The notes: a model not told the origin generated them from the letters alone. A stretch of DNA of 56,931 nucleotides from an uncultured Piscirickettsiaceae bacterium (GCA_964344435.1 CAYFNH010000004.1:1-56931), one strand, 5' to 3'; counted from the first letter of the stretch, positions 1-10,104 are shown. A program made the numbers and translations.

Positions 1-53
1 CCGTTATTAGTAACCAATTGAATTTATTTGATTAAACGTTGGGACACCAGTGA

Positions 54-1175
54 TTTGGTGCACTAATACTGCCTACAGTCACGGCGCAGGATAGCAATAC
101 CTTCTATGATCTGGATATTCAATCTATTCTCTCTGAGAGCCACGCAACCATCACGGATGAGAGCGGTATCGGTGGTACGGGTTTAACACTGGAACCCGAT
201 GAGGGGGGCATAGGAGGAACCGGAATTACAGCCTCTACTGACGAGGAGGGCATCGGTGGAACAGGCATTATTGGTGAGATCACCGGCTTTGGCAGCATCA
301 TTGTCAATGGCGTCCATATCGACTACGACTCTGGAATGGTTATCGAAAACCCTCTACAAATGATGACTGCCCGTCAGTTAGAGATCGGTCAAGTAGTGAA
401 GGTTGAAGCGATCCCAACAGGAAAACGCTACAGAGCAACCTCCCTCTCACTGCAACAACCTATTGTTGGCCCAATCACCGCAATTTCTCCAGACTGGGAT
501 AGCCTTCGGGTCATGGAGCAGGAGGTGTTACTGGATGGAGGCAACCTAAAACAACCTTTCACACGATCTCTTCAGGTTGGTGACTCTATTTCGGTCAGCG
601 GGCTTTGGGAGCAAAATCGTGTGCACGCAACACATCTGGACAGAGCACCTGAGGGATACGCATCGATCAGCGGGCCTGCCTCTATTCATGAACAACAGAC
701 CTATATCGGTCAAGTACCCGTTCATCCAGGGGAACATCACTTACAAGGGCTTAAGCCGGGCACTCTGGTTTCTGCCATCGGGAAACCTGCCGATAATCAG
801 CGCGCGATGACTCTGACTCGCCCAACTGCGTCGCATGATATGCCGTTTGGTCACCATATCAAGAATGTATTGATTGAAGGTTATCCTGCATTCGATCAGC
901 AAGGAGCACGTATGGAACACCTGCGCATAAACAGCCAAGGCTTGCAGAGAGGCAAACGTCAACTCATTCGAGGGAATCTTTCCAGGGACAATCAGGTAAA
1001 GGTTATCCAACAACCCTCAATAGGTGGAAAGTCCAATAACCTGTTTAGAGAAAGAACCAACTTCAAGCGAGGCTCTGGAGCCACCCAGAAACCTGAGGTG
1101 ATTAGACATAGCTCTCCTTCAGCCAACAATCGTAGTAGAACATCTAACAGAGGCGGTAGAGGAGGTAGAAGATAA
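54..1175 (+). CDS. DUF5666-like exported repeat protein (start uncertain; first ATG at 336)
   Basis: Frame is open from 54, after TGA at 51-53. It encodes three GIGGTG repeats and IIGEITGFGSIIVNG upstream of ATG 336, then repeated OB-like units and an Arg/Gly-rich tail. Confidence 0.6.
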   Translation, partial: FGALILPTVTAQDSNTFYDLDIQSILSESHATITDESGIGGTGLTLEPDEGGIGGTGITASTDEEGIGGTGIIGEITGFGSIIVNGVHIDYDSGMVIENPLQMMTARQLEIGQVVKVEAIPTGKRYRATSLSLQQPIVGPITAISPDWDSLRVMEQEVLLDGGNLKQPFTRSLQVGDSISVSGLWEQNRVHATHLDRAPEGYASISGPASIHEQQTYIGQVPVHPGEHHLQGLKPGTLVSAIGKPADNQRAMTLTRPTASHDMPFGHHIKNVLIEGYPAFDQQGARMEHLRINSQGLQRGKRQLIRGNLSRDNQVKVIQQPSIGGKSNNLFRERTNFKRGSGATQKPEVIRHSSPSANNRSRTSNRGGRGGRR

Positions 1176-1347
1176 CACCCTTACCAAAGCACCATATTGT
1201 TCGAACTGCCACAATGTAGCGTGTGAGGGCAGATCACTTACCCTGATCCATAAACGGCTTTGTACTGTCGTGAGACAATAGATCAAGGTACCCCAAACCA
1301 CCGAAGACCTGACCTCCTCCGAGGGTGGGGGGAGGTATGGCCAGTTG

Positions 1348-1554
1348 TCAGCGGTGGCGCTGAGGAAGCAGTTTCTTGCGCAACAGAACCCCGCCAACCA
1401 CAACTACCGGCAGCAGCCATAGCAGATGATCTACACTGCTGAAAAAGTGAACCACGCCATTCACCAGACCACCATGGTGATCCATACCCGGGTGAGCCGC
1501 TGCCACAAAGGGCAGCATCGTGGCGATGAGTATGCTTGTCTTGATCTTGTTCAT
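1348..1554 (-). CDS. Short HupE/UreJ-like His-rich membrane protein (putative Ni binding)
   Basis: Signal peptide followed by AHPGMDHHGG...HFFSSVDHLL, resembling the HupE/UreJ N-terminal motif. One TM. Lies downstream of hynL. Confidence 0.65.
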   Translation of the reverse strand: MNKIKTSILIATMLPFVAAAHPGMDHHGGLVNGVVHFFSSVDHLLWLLPVVVVGGVLLRKKLLPQRHR

Positions 1555-1566
1555 CTTTCTATCCTC

Positions 1567-1730
1567 GTAACTATTCAGGGGTTACTGAAAATTGTAAAAA
1601 ATAATGACCGTAGCTATTCAGATTGCCTCTGAAATTCGTCAGATCAAGGCAGAAAATGTGAGTTTACACGTGTAAATGACCATTTTCGAACACCGATATG
1701 GCGGATTTCAGGGGTGAGCTGAATAGTTAC
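1567..1730. mobile_element. MITE-like element, long copy
   Basis: Perfect 12-bp terminal inverted repeats gtaactattcag / ctgaatagttac. A second, shorter copy lies at 56844-56917. Confidence 0.75.
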
Positions 1731-1742
1731 CTATCCTCTACG

Positions 1743-3473
1743 CTATCCAGCCACCTGTACCTGAATCAGCTCCTCCCCTTCGGGATCGGTCACATGCACC
1801 GCGCAGGCGATACAGGGGTCAAAGCTGTGGATGGTACGCAAAATCTCCAGCGGCTGCTTGGGGTCGTGCATGGTGTGGCGATCCTCCAGCGCCGCCTCAT
1901 AGGGTCCCGGCTGGTTCTTGTCATCCCGCGGGCCAGCATTCCAGGTGCTGGGCACCACCGCCTGGTAGTTATCGATCTTCTGATCCTTGATCACAATCCA
2001 GTGGGAGAGCGCACCACGCGGGGCCTCGGTAAAGCCGACCCCTTTGGCCTCGCTCGGCCACTCGGCCGGATCCCACAACTTCTGGTTGTGGGTAGAGAGG
2101 TCACCCGCCTTGATGTTGGCCACCAGCGTGGTGTACCAGTCCATCATGTTGTCGGCGAAGACCTTGGTCTCCAGGGTGCGGGCTGCGGTTCTTCCCAGAG
2201 TGGAGAACATCGCCTCCAGCGGAGCATCCAGTGTCTTCAACGCATAGTTGGCCAGTTCGACCGTCTGCTCATGCCCCTTGGCATACATGACCAGCACTCG
2301 TGCCAGTGGCCCCACCTCCATCGCATGCCCTTTCCAGCGCGGCGATTTCAGCCAGGAGTAGGACTGCTCCACATCGAGATGCTCGTAGGGTGGTTTGGGA
2401 CCGCTGTAGTTGAGGTTGGTCTCGCCCATCCACGGGTGAAGCCCCTCGTTCTTGCCACCACTGTAGTCGTACCAGGAGTGGGCCACATACTCCCGTATCT
2501 GACTGGAATCACTCAGATCAAAGTCATGCACGGTAGAGAGGTCACGATTGAGGATAATGCCCGGAGGTACCAGGAAGCTGTCGACATCATTGTTCCCCTT
2601 GGCCGGGAAGTCTCCCATTACCATGAAGTTACCAACCCCTTCACCTCTGGCAAACCAATCCTTGTAGAAACCGGCCACCGCCAGAGTATCCGGCACATAG
2701 ACCTGGTCGACAAAGGTCTGCATCTTCTCGATGGTGCTCTTGATGGTGAGCAGGCCATCCATGTTGAGTGCGGTATTACCGGTATCCTCCGTACTGATCG
2801 CAACCGGAGCGCCCCCCACTAGGAAGTTGGGGTGTGGGTTCTTGCCGCCGAGAATGGTGTGAATCTTGACCACATCACGCTGCCACTCCAGTGCCTCCAG
2901 ATAGTGGGCCACCGCCATCAGATTGGCCTCTGCCGGTAGCTTGTAGGCGGGATGGCCCCAATAGGCGTTGGAGAAGATACCGAGCTGTCCGGTCTCGACA
3001 AAGCCTTTGACGCGCTTCTGAATATCAGCAAAGTAACCCGGAGAGGATTTGGGCCAGCTACTGAGGGACTGCGCCAACTCCGAGGTCGCCTTGGGGTCGG
3101 CACTCAGCGCCGAGACCACATCCACCCAGTCCAGTGCATGCAGATGATAGAAGTGCATGACATGGTCATGTACATACTGGGCACCGATCATCAGATTACG
3201 GATCAGCTGGGCATTGGCCGGAATCTCCCAGTTGAGTGCATCCTCTACCGCACGCACCGAGGCGATGCCGTGAACCAGAGTGCAGACACCGCAGATACGT
3301 TGGGTAAAGGCCCAGGCATCCCGCGGGTCGCGCCCCTTGAGAATATTCTCGATGCCACGCACCATCGTCCCCGAGGAGTAGGCCGCGCCAATCTTGTCAC
3401 CCTCCATCTGCGCCTCAATGCGCAAATGCCCTTCGATTCGTGTAATGGGATCAACAACAATACGCTCGCTCAT
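1743..3473 (-). CDS. hynL: [NiFe]-hydrogenase large subunit, group 1e (Hyn)
   Basis: RIEGH, RICGVC and DPCIACAVH motifs with a cleavable C-terminal extension. Operon contains isp1 and isp2. Confidence 0.93.
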   Translation of the reverse strand: MSERIVVDPITRIEGHLRIEAQMEGDKIGAAYSSGTMVRGIENILKGRDPRDAWAFTQRICGVCTLVHGIASVRAVEDALNWEIPANAQLIRNLMIGAQYVHDHVMHFYHLHALDWVDVVSALSADPKATSELAQSLSSWPKSSPGYFADIQKRVKGFVETGQLGIFSNAYWGHPAYKLPAEANLMAVAHYLEALEWQRDVVKIHTILGGKNPHPNFLVGGAPVAISTEDTGNTALNMDGLLTIKSTIEKMQTFVDQVYVPDTLAVAGFYKDWFARGEGVGNFMVMGDFPAKGNNDVDSFLVPPGIILNRDLSTVHDFDLSDSSQIREYVAHSWYDYSGGKNEGLHPWMGETNLNYSGPKPPYEHLDVEQSYSWLKSPRWKGHAMEVGPLARVLVMYAKGHEQTVELANYALKTLDAPLEAMFSTLGRTAARTLETKVFADNMMDWYTTLVANIKAGDLSTHNQKLWDPAEWPSEAKGVGFTEAPRGALSHWIVIKDQKIDNYQAVVPSTWNAGPRDDKNQPGPYEAALEDRHTMHDPKQPLEILRTIHSFDPCIACAVHVTDPEGEELIQVQVAG

Positions 3474-3483
3474 GGGAAACTCC

Positions 3484-3933
3484 TCATGGGTTATTTTCTA
3501 AATAGTCATTCAATAACTGATACTGTGCCCCGGTCTCGAGATCGTGGCTATCCTCGTCACTCTCTGCTGCCAGACAGGTTCGGGCCATCCGGCACTGCAG
3601 TGCTGCCTTCCATGCCGGACTCTTGCCGACCGTACGCACTACCGGTTCTACCGCAGCCTGTGCAGCACGCGCCACGAAGTATCCAGCCTGATCATTCCAG
3701 TCCCCCTCTGTACCACAACGTGCATGTGCATCGAGACTGGCCCGTTTCGCACTCTTGAAGGCCCCCTCCAGGTCTCCTCCCGTTGCGGCCGCCTCGACCA
3801 CACTCTGCAGACGAGGATCCTCACTGAGGGAGAGCACATTCCTGACAAAACGGGAGGCCACCACCCGCTGCTGCTCCAGCTCAAGTCCATCCAGCCGCTC
3901 GCGGAACTCCACATCATTGGTAACCATGCTCAT
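3484..3933 (-). CDS. Hypothetical protein within the hyn operon
   Basis: 149 aa, 4-nt overlap with the isp2 stop, ends 10 nt before hynL. Confidence 0.8.
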   Translation of the reverse strand: MSMVTNDVEFRERLDGLELEQQRVVASRFVRNVLSLSEDPRLQSVVEAAATGGDLEGAFKSAKRASLDAHARCGTEGDWNDQAGYFVARAAQAAVEPVVRTVGKSPAWKAALQCRMARTCLAAESDEDSHDLETGAQYQLLNDYLENNP

Positions 3934-5204
3934 GGGGTGACCTCCTTCTCAACCAGGTGGTCAGCTACCATTTCAGTCAGACCAACCACCGGGATATCCA
4001 TACCATTATGCTCCAACCCCTCCTCCAATGTCAGGCGACAGTTGGCACAGGCGGTCACCAGGGTATCCACCTTGAGTTCATCCAGCTGTGATTTCTTCTT
4101 CTTGAATGCGGTCAGCTTGAGCTCCTCGGCCCGCTCATTGGCACTGACACCACCTCCACCACTACAGCACCAGTTCATCGCACCGGAGTCGCTCATCTCC
4201 ACAAAGTTACTGGCAACCTGGTTGAGAAGCCGCCGTGGCTGCTCAACAATGCCTCCCTTGCGAGCAATCTGACAGGGGTCGTGGTAGGTAAGACGTGCCT
4301 CCTCCATCCCCTCGGTCTGGATCAACCCCTGCCGGGTAAACTCGTCCAGCACCTCGAGAATATGTTTGACCTCGAATTTGTAAGGACGACCAATCAGGTT
4401 AGGGCCCTCCCAACGTACTGCGGTAAAGGCGTGACCACACTCGGGGCTGATGACCGTTTTCACCCCCAGCGACTCGGCAGCATCCACAATGCGGGAGACA
4501 ATCACTTTGGCCAGATCAGAAACGCCGATCTGGATCCCGCTATTGGTTGCCTCAAAGGCGGTCGAGGCGATGGTCCAACTCTTGCCCGCCTGTTTCATGA
4601 TGCGGGCAATCGCCTCCAGATATTCGGGGAAGTTCATGATCTCCATTGAGGAGAGCAGCACCATATACTCGGCCCCCTGCTTATCGATCTCCACCTTGAG
4701 CCCGGTATCCTCCTCCAGATGGCGGATCTGGGCCTTCACTGCAGGCAGCTTGACCCCCATCGGACTGCCAATCTCCACTGCACGCTGGGTGGCACCAATC
4801 AGGTCGGGAGGAGCATATCCTGCTGCTGCAAAGCCTTCCCGGATTTTGCGAATCATTCCCGAGATATCGTTACCAACCGGGCAGGCGAGAGAGCAGCGCC
4901 CACAGAGTGAGCAACCATCATAGACCATGGTCTCCCACTCGCTGAAGGTCTCCTCATCCACCGCCTTGGTGAGCCCTACGGCCGACTTCAACTTACCCAG
5001 CAGGGTGTACTCCTGTTCCCAGATGCGGCGCATCGGCTCAACCTTGTTGATCGGTGTATATTTTGGGTCCTCGGTCTCGGTATAGAAGAGGCAGGCCTCG
5101 GCACAGAGTCCACAATGGACGCAGGAGCTGAAAAAACTGGCAACCGGTGCATCAATCTCGGCCTTGATAAACTGAATACCCTTTTCGATGGATGGCTTGC
5201 TCAT
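3930..5204 (-). CDS. isp2: Isp2, HdrD/DsrK-like Fe-S protein with CCG domains
   Basis: CVHCGLCAEAC, CSLCGRCSLACP, HDPC and CCSGGGG motifs. Start reassigned to ATG 5204, which forms an ATGA overlap with the isp1 stop. Confidence 0.88.
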   Translation of the reverse strand: MSKPSIEKGIQFIKAEIDAPVASFFSSCVHCGLCAEACLFYTETEDPKYTPINKVEPMRRIWEQEYTLLGKLKSAVGLTKAVDEETFSEWETMVYDGCSLCGRCSLACPVGNDISGMIRKIREGFAAAGYAPPDLIGATQRAVEIGSPMGVKLPAVKAQIRHLEEDTGLKVEIDKQGAEYMVLLSSMEIMNFPEYLEAIARIMKQAGKSWTIASTAFEATNSGIQIGVSDLAKVIVSRIVDAAESLGVKTVISPECGHAFTAVRWEGPNLIGRPYKFEVKHILEVLDEFTRQGLIQTEGMEEARLTYHDPCQIARKGGIVEQPRRLLNQVASNFVEMSDSGAMNWCCSGGGGVSANERAEELKLTAFKKKKSQLDELKVDTLVTACANCRLTLEEGLEHNGMDIPVVGLTEMVADHLVEKEVTP

Positions 5205-5848
5205 GATTCCACTCCTCGTCTTCCTGCGAGATATCCCTGATACCAGCGCGAGAGTACAAAACTGAACATGTGGGTCAACTTGGTAAAGGGGGCCACCACC
5301 AGTAGCAGCTCTGCACTCAGAATGTGGTAGGCCAACATCTGGGTATAGTCGAGCAGCAGATGGTTGTAGGCCATATACCCGGTCACCAGTGGCAGCAGGG
5401 TCACCAGCCACGCCAGATAATCACCCACGGTAGAGATATGTTGCAGTACCGGGCTGTAGATCCGCATCAGCAGGGCAACAAACAGGGAGAGAATGGTTAC
5501 TGCGGTAATGGCATCCACCATGCCACTGGGAAGACCCGCCCACTCCAACCCCAGCAGCTCGATATGGGGACGATAGAGCAAGATCACCGCAAACAGTCCG
5601 ATATGGAGAATATAGCCATTGAGAATACGCAGCGGCTCGCGGGCAAAAATGGCCTTGCGTGGCAAAGAACGCGTAAAGATGGTTCTCAACCCACCACGTA
5701 CCCCACTGTCACGCGCTGCCGACAGATCCGCTTTGCGCCCAAGACTGACAATCTCGATCAGCCGCAACAGCATGCCAAATACGAAGATTGCCAGCGCCAT
5801 CTCGAAGGCCGGGCCTCTTGCCCAGATCAGTAGTTCGTTGACCTCCAT
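5201..5848 (-). CDS. isp1: Isp1, NarI/DsrM-like membrane b-type cytochrome
   Basis: Multi-TM with His ligands and PFTKLTH motif. Lies between hynS and isp2. Confidence 0.87.
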   Translation of the reverse strand: MEVNELLIWARGPAFEMALAIFVFGMLLRLIEIVSLGRKADLSAARDSGVRGGLRTIFTRSLPRKAIFAREPLRILNGYILHIGLFAVILLYRPHIELLGLEWAGLPSGMVDAITAVTILSLFVALLMRIYSPVLQHISTVGDYLAWLVTLLPLVTGYMAYNHLLLDYTQMLAYHILSAELLLVVAPFTKLTHMFSFVLSRWYQGYLAGRRGVES

Positions 5849-5849
5849 C

Positions 5850-6983
5850 TCATGACTCCTTCTTCAGATCGTCCACGGCCAGAGTCTCGCGCCCCTCTAC
5901 TGCACCCTTCTTGTTGCCGCGATTGAGAGCCGCTGCAGCCGCACCCACACCAATTCCGACCGCCCCCGCCTTGAGGATGGTTTCACTGGTATCCCCTTGC
6001 GGTACGGAGAGTGCTTCATAGAAACTCCCTGCATCCCAGAAGTTGGGCTCTGAACAGCCCAGACAAGGATGACCTGATTCAATCGGAAAGCTGACCCCAT
6101 CGTTCCACTTCAAGGTGGCACAGGCATTGTGGGTGGTCGGCCCCTTGCAGCCAAGCTCGTAAAGACACCAGCCCTTGCGTGCCCCTTCATCATCAAAGGC
6201 CTTGGCAAACAACCCCTTGTCATAGAAGGGACGACGGTAACAGCGATCATGAATACTGTCCCCATAAAACGCCTTGGGCCGACCCAGTTCATCCATCTCC
6301 GGCAGTCTGCCAAAGGTGAGGAAGTGGGCCAGTGCACCGGTCATCACCAACGGCAACGGTGGGCACCCGGGAATATTCATCACCGGTTTGTCCTTGACCA
6401 GCTCAGTAACCGGTACTGCCCCGGTTGGATCGGGTCTGGCCATCGGCAGCCCCCCATAAGCGGCACAAGTACCCACAGCCACCACCGCAGCCGCCCCGGC
6501 AGCCGCCTCTTGCAGAATATCGAGGTTGGCACGCCCGGCAATGGTCGAGTAGATCCCTCCGTCCCTAGTTGGAATGGAGCCATCCACAATCAGCAGATAC
6601 TTGCCATAATCGGCCTCCATGGCGTGCTCTTTCGCCTCCTCAGCCTGATGGCCCGCAGCCACCTGCAAGGTATGGTGATAGTCGAGAGAGATAAAATCAA
6701 AAATCAGGTTTTCAATGGTAGGCCCATAGGAGCGGGTAATCGACTCGGTGCAGCCGGTACACTCCTGAAAGGAGAGCCAGATTACGGTGGGCCGCCTGAC
6801 GGCAGCCAGGGTCTTGGCCATCACCTCGGCAGAACCGGCCGGCAGTGCCAGAGCAGCGGCCATGCTGCTGCAGAACTTGAGAAAACCCCGTCGGCTCACT
6901 CCGTTACGCTCCAGATGTTCGGCAAAGGTCTCGTGCACCTTCTCCATATCTCCCAACTCGCCCGTCTTCAGCTGCTTGCCCAT
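5850..6983 (-). CDS. hynS: [NiFe]-hydrogenase small subunit with Tat signal
   Basis: SRRGFLK twin-arginine motif, ECTGC, GCPP, HDRCYRR, CLYELGCKGP, and a C-terminal anchor. Confidence 0.93.
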   Translation of the reverse strand: MGKQLKTGELGDMEKVHETFAEHLERNGVSRRGFLKFCSSMAAALALPAGSAEVMAKTLAAVRRPTVIWLSFQECTGCTESITRSYGPTIENLIFDFISLDYHHTLQVAAGHQAEEAKEHAMEADYGKYLLIVDGSIPTRDGGIYSTIAGRANLDILQEAAAGAAAVVAVGTCAAYGGLPMARPDPTGAVPVTELVKDKPVMNIPGCPPLPLVMTGALAHFLTFGRLPEMDELGRPKAFYGDSIHDRCYRRPFYDKGLFAKAFDDEGARKGWCLYELGCKGPTTHNACATLKWNDGVSFPIESGHPCLGCSEPNFWDAGSFYEALSVPQGDTSETILKAGAVGIGVGAAAAALNRGNKKGAVEGRETLAVDDLKKES

Positions 6984-7261
6984 CAGTCCGCTCCAGAATG
7001 ATTAGTACTTGTCAATACACTGTAATAATAAACCTGTTCCACTGCAAGTTTTATAACCTGTACCAAACATTGTCAAACCTATTTACTTAAATTATATATT
7101 ACAATTTCACTAGGTTATTACTCTCATGCAGACAGGTGTGACGTGCCATACAAGCCTTGAGCTTGATTTTACCTACCAAACAGTGCAATGATATTTGGCT
7201 GTCACAGCCACTCTGCACAAGCAGATTGGGCAAGGAAATTCTGTTCTACGAGGGAATCGTT

Positions 7262-9136
7262 TTGAATCCAACCACTATTCAGGAACACATCGTCGAGATC
7301 GTCAGTGATTCCGGCGAAGGCGCGCAGAAGTGCGGTCAGACATTCGGCAATATCAGCGCAAAGATGAACAACGGCGTCTGGACCGTGGAGATCATCCCGG
7401 CCGAGATCCAGCCACCCGCCCGCACCCCCTCCGGAGCCAGCGGTATCCGCATCCGTCTCGGCTCAAAATACATCACCAACGTCGGTAATGAGGGGGATCT
7501 GGTGGTCGCCTTCAATGAGCAGGTGCTCTACTCCCGTATCGCCAACGGTGCCTACAAAAAGGGAACCGTGGTACTGCTCGACAACAGGTGGGCTACCGAC
7601 CCCTCGGAAGAGATTCAGCAGATGTACAGCAAGGCGGTTCGCGAGTTCAACGACACCGGCCTGGTGGTGCATGAGCTCCCCATCCATGAGGCCTGCCTGA
7701 AGATTGTCAAGGATCCACGCAAGGGCAAGAACATGTTCGTGCTGGGCATGCTCTGTCGTATCTACAATCGCGATCGAGAGATGGGGCGCAACGAGATTGC
7801 CCTCACCTTCGCTGGCAAGAAAGAGGCGATCATCACCAGCAACCAGAAGCTGTTTGATGCCGGTTACGACTTTGCCACCGAGCAGGTGCCCGAATACTTC
7901 TTCGACATCCCGCCCGCAGAGGAGATGGGACAGCAGAAGATGGTGGTCACCAACGGCAACCAGGCCGTTGGGCTGGGTGTACTCGCCTCCGGCATGGAGC
8001 TGGTGTCGATGTACCCAATCACTCCGGCCACCTCCGCCACCCACTACCTAGCAGAGATCTACCCGGATGCCGGAGGGTTCATCCATCAGGCCGAAGACGA
8101 GATTGCCGCCGTTGCCTTTGCCATTGGTGCCTCCTATGCAGGCAAGACCGCCTGCACCATCACCTCTGGCCCCGGCATGGCACTGAAGACCGAAAACATC
8201 GCCCTGGCGGTAATGGCAGAGGTGCCTCTGGTCATCGTCGATGTACAGCGTGGTGGCCCCTCCACCGGCCTGCCTACCAAGATCGAGCAGGCCGACCTGC
8301 TCTCCTCGCTATACGGGATGCCGGGAGATGCCCCCAAGATCATCATGGCCGCTGCCACCATCGCCGAGTGTTTCAGCATGGTGGTGACCGCACGCAAGCT
8401 GGCCGAGACCTTCCGCGGGCCAGTCATCGTCCTTACCGATGCCAACCTGGCCACTGGGGTACAGCCCTGGGCCCGCCCCGAGGTGAATCGGGAGATGATG
8501 GCTCCGCCACTGGATCAGTCTGAGTGGGATCAAAAGGTCGCCCCCTATGAGTGGGACGAAAAGACCGGGCTCTCGCAGCGCCCGATTCCGGGCATGCCGA
8601 ACGGGGAGTACATCATGACCGGGCTCTCCCATACCAAACACAGCAAAGTCTCGTACGAGTCGGCCGAGAACCAGCAGAGCCACAGTATGCGTAGTCGCAA
8701 ACTGGCGACACTGCAGAGCACACTGACCCCACCGAAAATTCACGGCGATGAGTCCGGTGACATCCTGGTAATCGGGTGGGGCTCCACCTGGGGGGCGATC
8801 ACCGAGGCGGTCGACAACCTGCGTGAACAGGGGCACAGCGTCTCCTCGATTCACCTGCGTTTCCTCTCCCCACTGGAACCGGGGCTGAAAGAGATCTTCT
8901 CCCGCTTCAGAAAGGTGATGACCATCGAGGTCAACTACAGTGACGATCCCGATGCCCCGATGATCACCCCGGAAAATCGCCGCTATGCCCAACTGGCCAT
9001 GCTGCTACGGGTACAGACCCTGGTCGATGTTGACTGCTGGTCTGTGGTCTACGGCCACCCGCTACAACCCGACCTGATTGAAGAGGCGCTACAACAGCGA
9101 CTGGATCAACTGACCATGAATGAGGAAGGAGAATAA
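7262..9136 (+). CDS. korA: 2-oxoacid:ferredoxin oxidoreductase alpha subunit (gamma-alpha fusion, KorA/OorA-like)
   Basis: DSGEG, YPITPA, QAEDEIAA and QRGGPSTGLPT motifs. TTG start at 7262 preceded by GAGGGA. Substrate is not provable from sequence. Confidence 0.85.
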   Translation: MNPTTIQEHIVEIVSDSGEGAQKCGQTFGNISAKMNNGVWTVEIIPAEIQPPARTPSGASGIRIRLGSKYITNVGNEGDLVVAFNEQVLYSRIANGAYKKGTVVLLDNRWATDPSEEIQQMYSKAVREFNDTGLVVHELPIHEACLKIVKDPRKGKNMFVLGMLCRIYNRDREMGRNEIALTFAGKKEAIITSNQKLFDAGYDFATEQVPEYFFDIPPAEEMGQQKMVVTNGNQAVGLGVLASGMELVSMYPITPATSATHYLAEIYPDAGGFIHQAEDEIAAVAFAIGASYAGKTACTITSGPGMALKTENIALAVMAEVPLVIVDVQRGGPSTGLPTKIEQADLLSSLYGMPGDAPKIIMAAATIAECFSMVVTARKLAETFRGPVIVLTDANLATGVQPWARPEVNREMMAPPLDQSEWDQKVAPYEWDEKTGLSQRPIPGMPNGEYIMTGLSHTKHSKVSYESAENQQSHSMRSRKLATLQSTLTPPKIHGDESGDILVIGWGSTWGAITEAVDNLREQGHSVSSIHLRFLSPLEPGLKEIFSRFRKVMTIEVNYSDDPDAPMITPENRRYAQLAMLLRVQTLVDVDCWSVVYGHPLQPDLIEEALQQRLDQLTMNEEGE

Positions 9137-9138
9137 CA

Positions 9139-10101
9139 ATGTTTGGAATCAAGGCAGACTGGTCTCTCGACATTCAGGAGCGCTACTTCACCATTGATGA
9201 CTATGAGGGCAACGTCGCACGCTGGTGTGACGGCTGTGGTGACCACGCCGTTCTGGCCACCGCCCACCGTGTGCTGCGCGACGCACAGCTTCCGCCGGAG
9301 AAGAGCGTATTTGTCTCCGGCATTGGCTGCTCCAGCCGCATGCCCCACTACATGGCCACCTACGGCCTGCACGGGCTGCATGGGCGTGCCCTGCCGCTGG
9401 CCTGCGGCGTCAAGTCGCGCCGTCCCGATCTGGACGTCTGGGTTGCCACCGGAGATGGAGACTGCTACTCCATCGGTGCCGGCCCCTGGGTGCATGCCGT
9501 GCGCTACAACATGAACATGACCGTACTGGTCTTTGACAACCAGATCTACGGCCTGACCAAGAAGCAGACCTCCCCAACCACACCGATTGAGTTCAAGACC
9601 AACACCCATCCAGAAGGGGCCTCGATCGACATGCTTAACCCCAACACGGTCACCATGGCAATCACCAACGCCTCCTTTGTGGCCCAGGTGGTTGACTGGA
9701 ATCCTCCTCTGCTCTACGAGACCATCAAGGCGGCTCACGCCCACAAGGGGTGCAGCTTCGTCCGTGTGATCCAGCGCTGCCCGGTCTTCAGTGACAGCAT
9801 CACCAAGGAGCTGCAGCAGGACAGTTCACGCCTGCTGTTGCTACAGCATGAGAATGGCATTCCGGTTGCACCTGGCATTGATCGGTTGTTCCCGGAGAGT
9901 CGCGAGCACGATCCCGCCGATTTCAACCAGGCGATGGCGATTGCTCGTGACGAAACCCTGAAGGGGATCATCCCGGTTGGCCTGCTCTATCAGGATGCAA
10001 GCAGACCCTGCTATGACGAGCTCTCCAGCATTGGCCACGATGCCACCGATGAGCAGAAGATCGCAGCGACCAACCAGGCGCTGGATACTTTCGCCATTTA
10101 A
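9139..10101 (+). CDS. korB: 2-oxoacid:ferredoxin oxidoreductase beta subunit
   Basis: WCDGCG, SGIGCS, HGR and the TPP-binding GDGD...DNQIYGLTK motif. Confidence 0.87.
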   Translation: MFGIKADWSLDIQERYFTIDDYEGNVARWCDGCGDHAVLATAHRVLRDAQLPPEKSVFVSGIGCSSRMPHYMATYGLHGLHGRALPLACGVKSRRPDLDVWVATGDGDCYSIGAGPWVHAVRYNMNMTVLVFDNQIYGLTKKQTSPTTPIEFKTNTHPEGASIDMLNPNTVTMAITNASFVAQVVDWNPPLLYETIKAAHAHKGCSFVRVIQRCPVFSDSITKELQQDSSRLLLLQHENGIPVAPGIDRLFPESREHDPADFNQAMAIARDETLKGIIPVGLLYQDASRPCYDELSSIGHDATDEQKIAATNQALDTFAI

Positions 10102-10104
10102 TTT

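Noticed and set aside
1780..1830. Selenocysteine ([NiFeSe]) hydrogenase
   Set aside because: The DPCIAC motif uses Cys codons and there is no in-frame TGA.
5205..5411. N-terminal extension of the isp2 ORF in the track
   Set aside because: Overlaps isp1. The ATG at 5204 gives a standard ATGA coupling.
6984..7261. FNR or sigma54 sites in the hynS-korA spacer
   Set aside because: AT-rich and probably regulatory, but no convincing TTGAT-N4-ATCAA or GG-N10-GC consensus was found.
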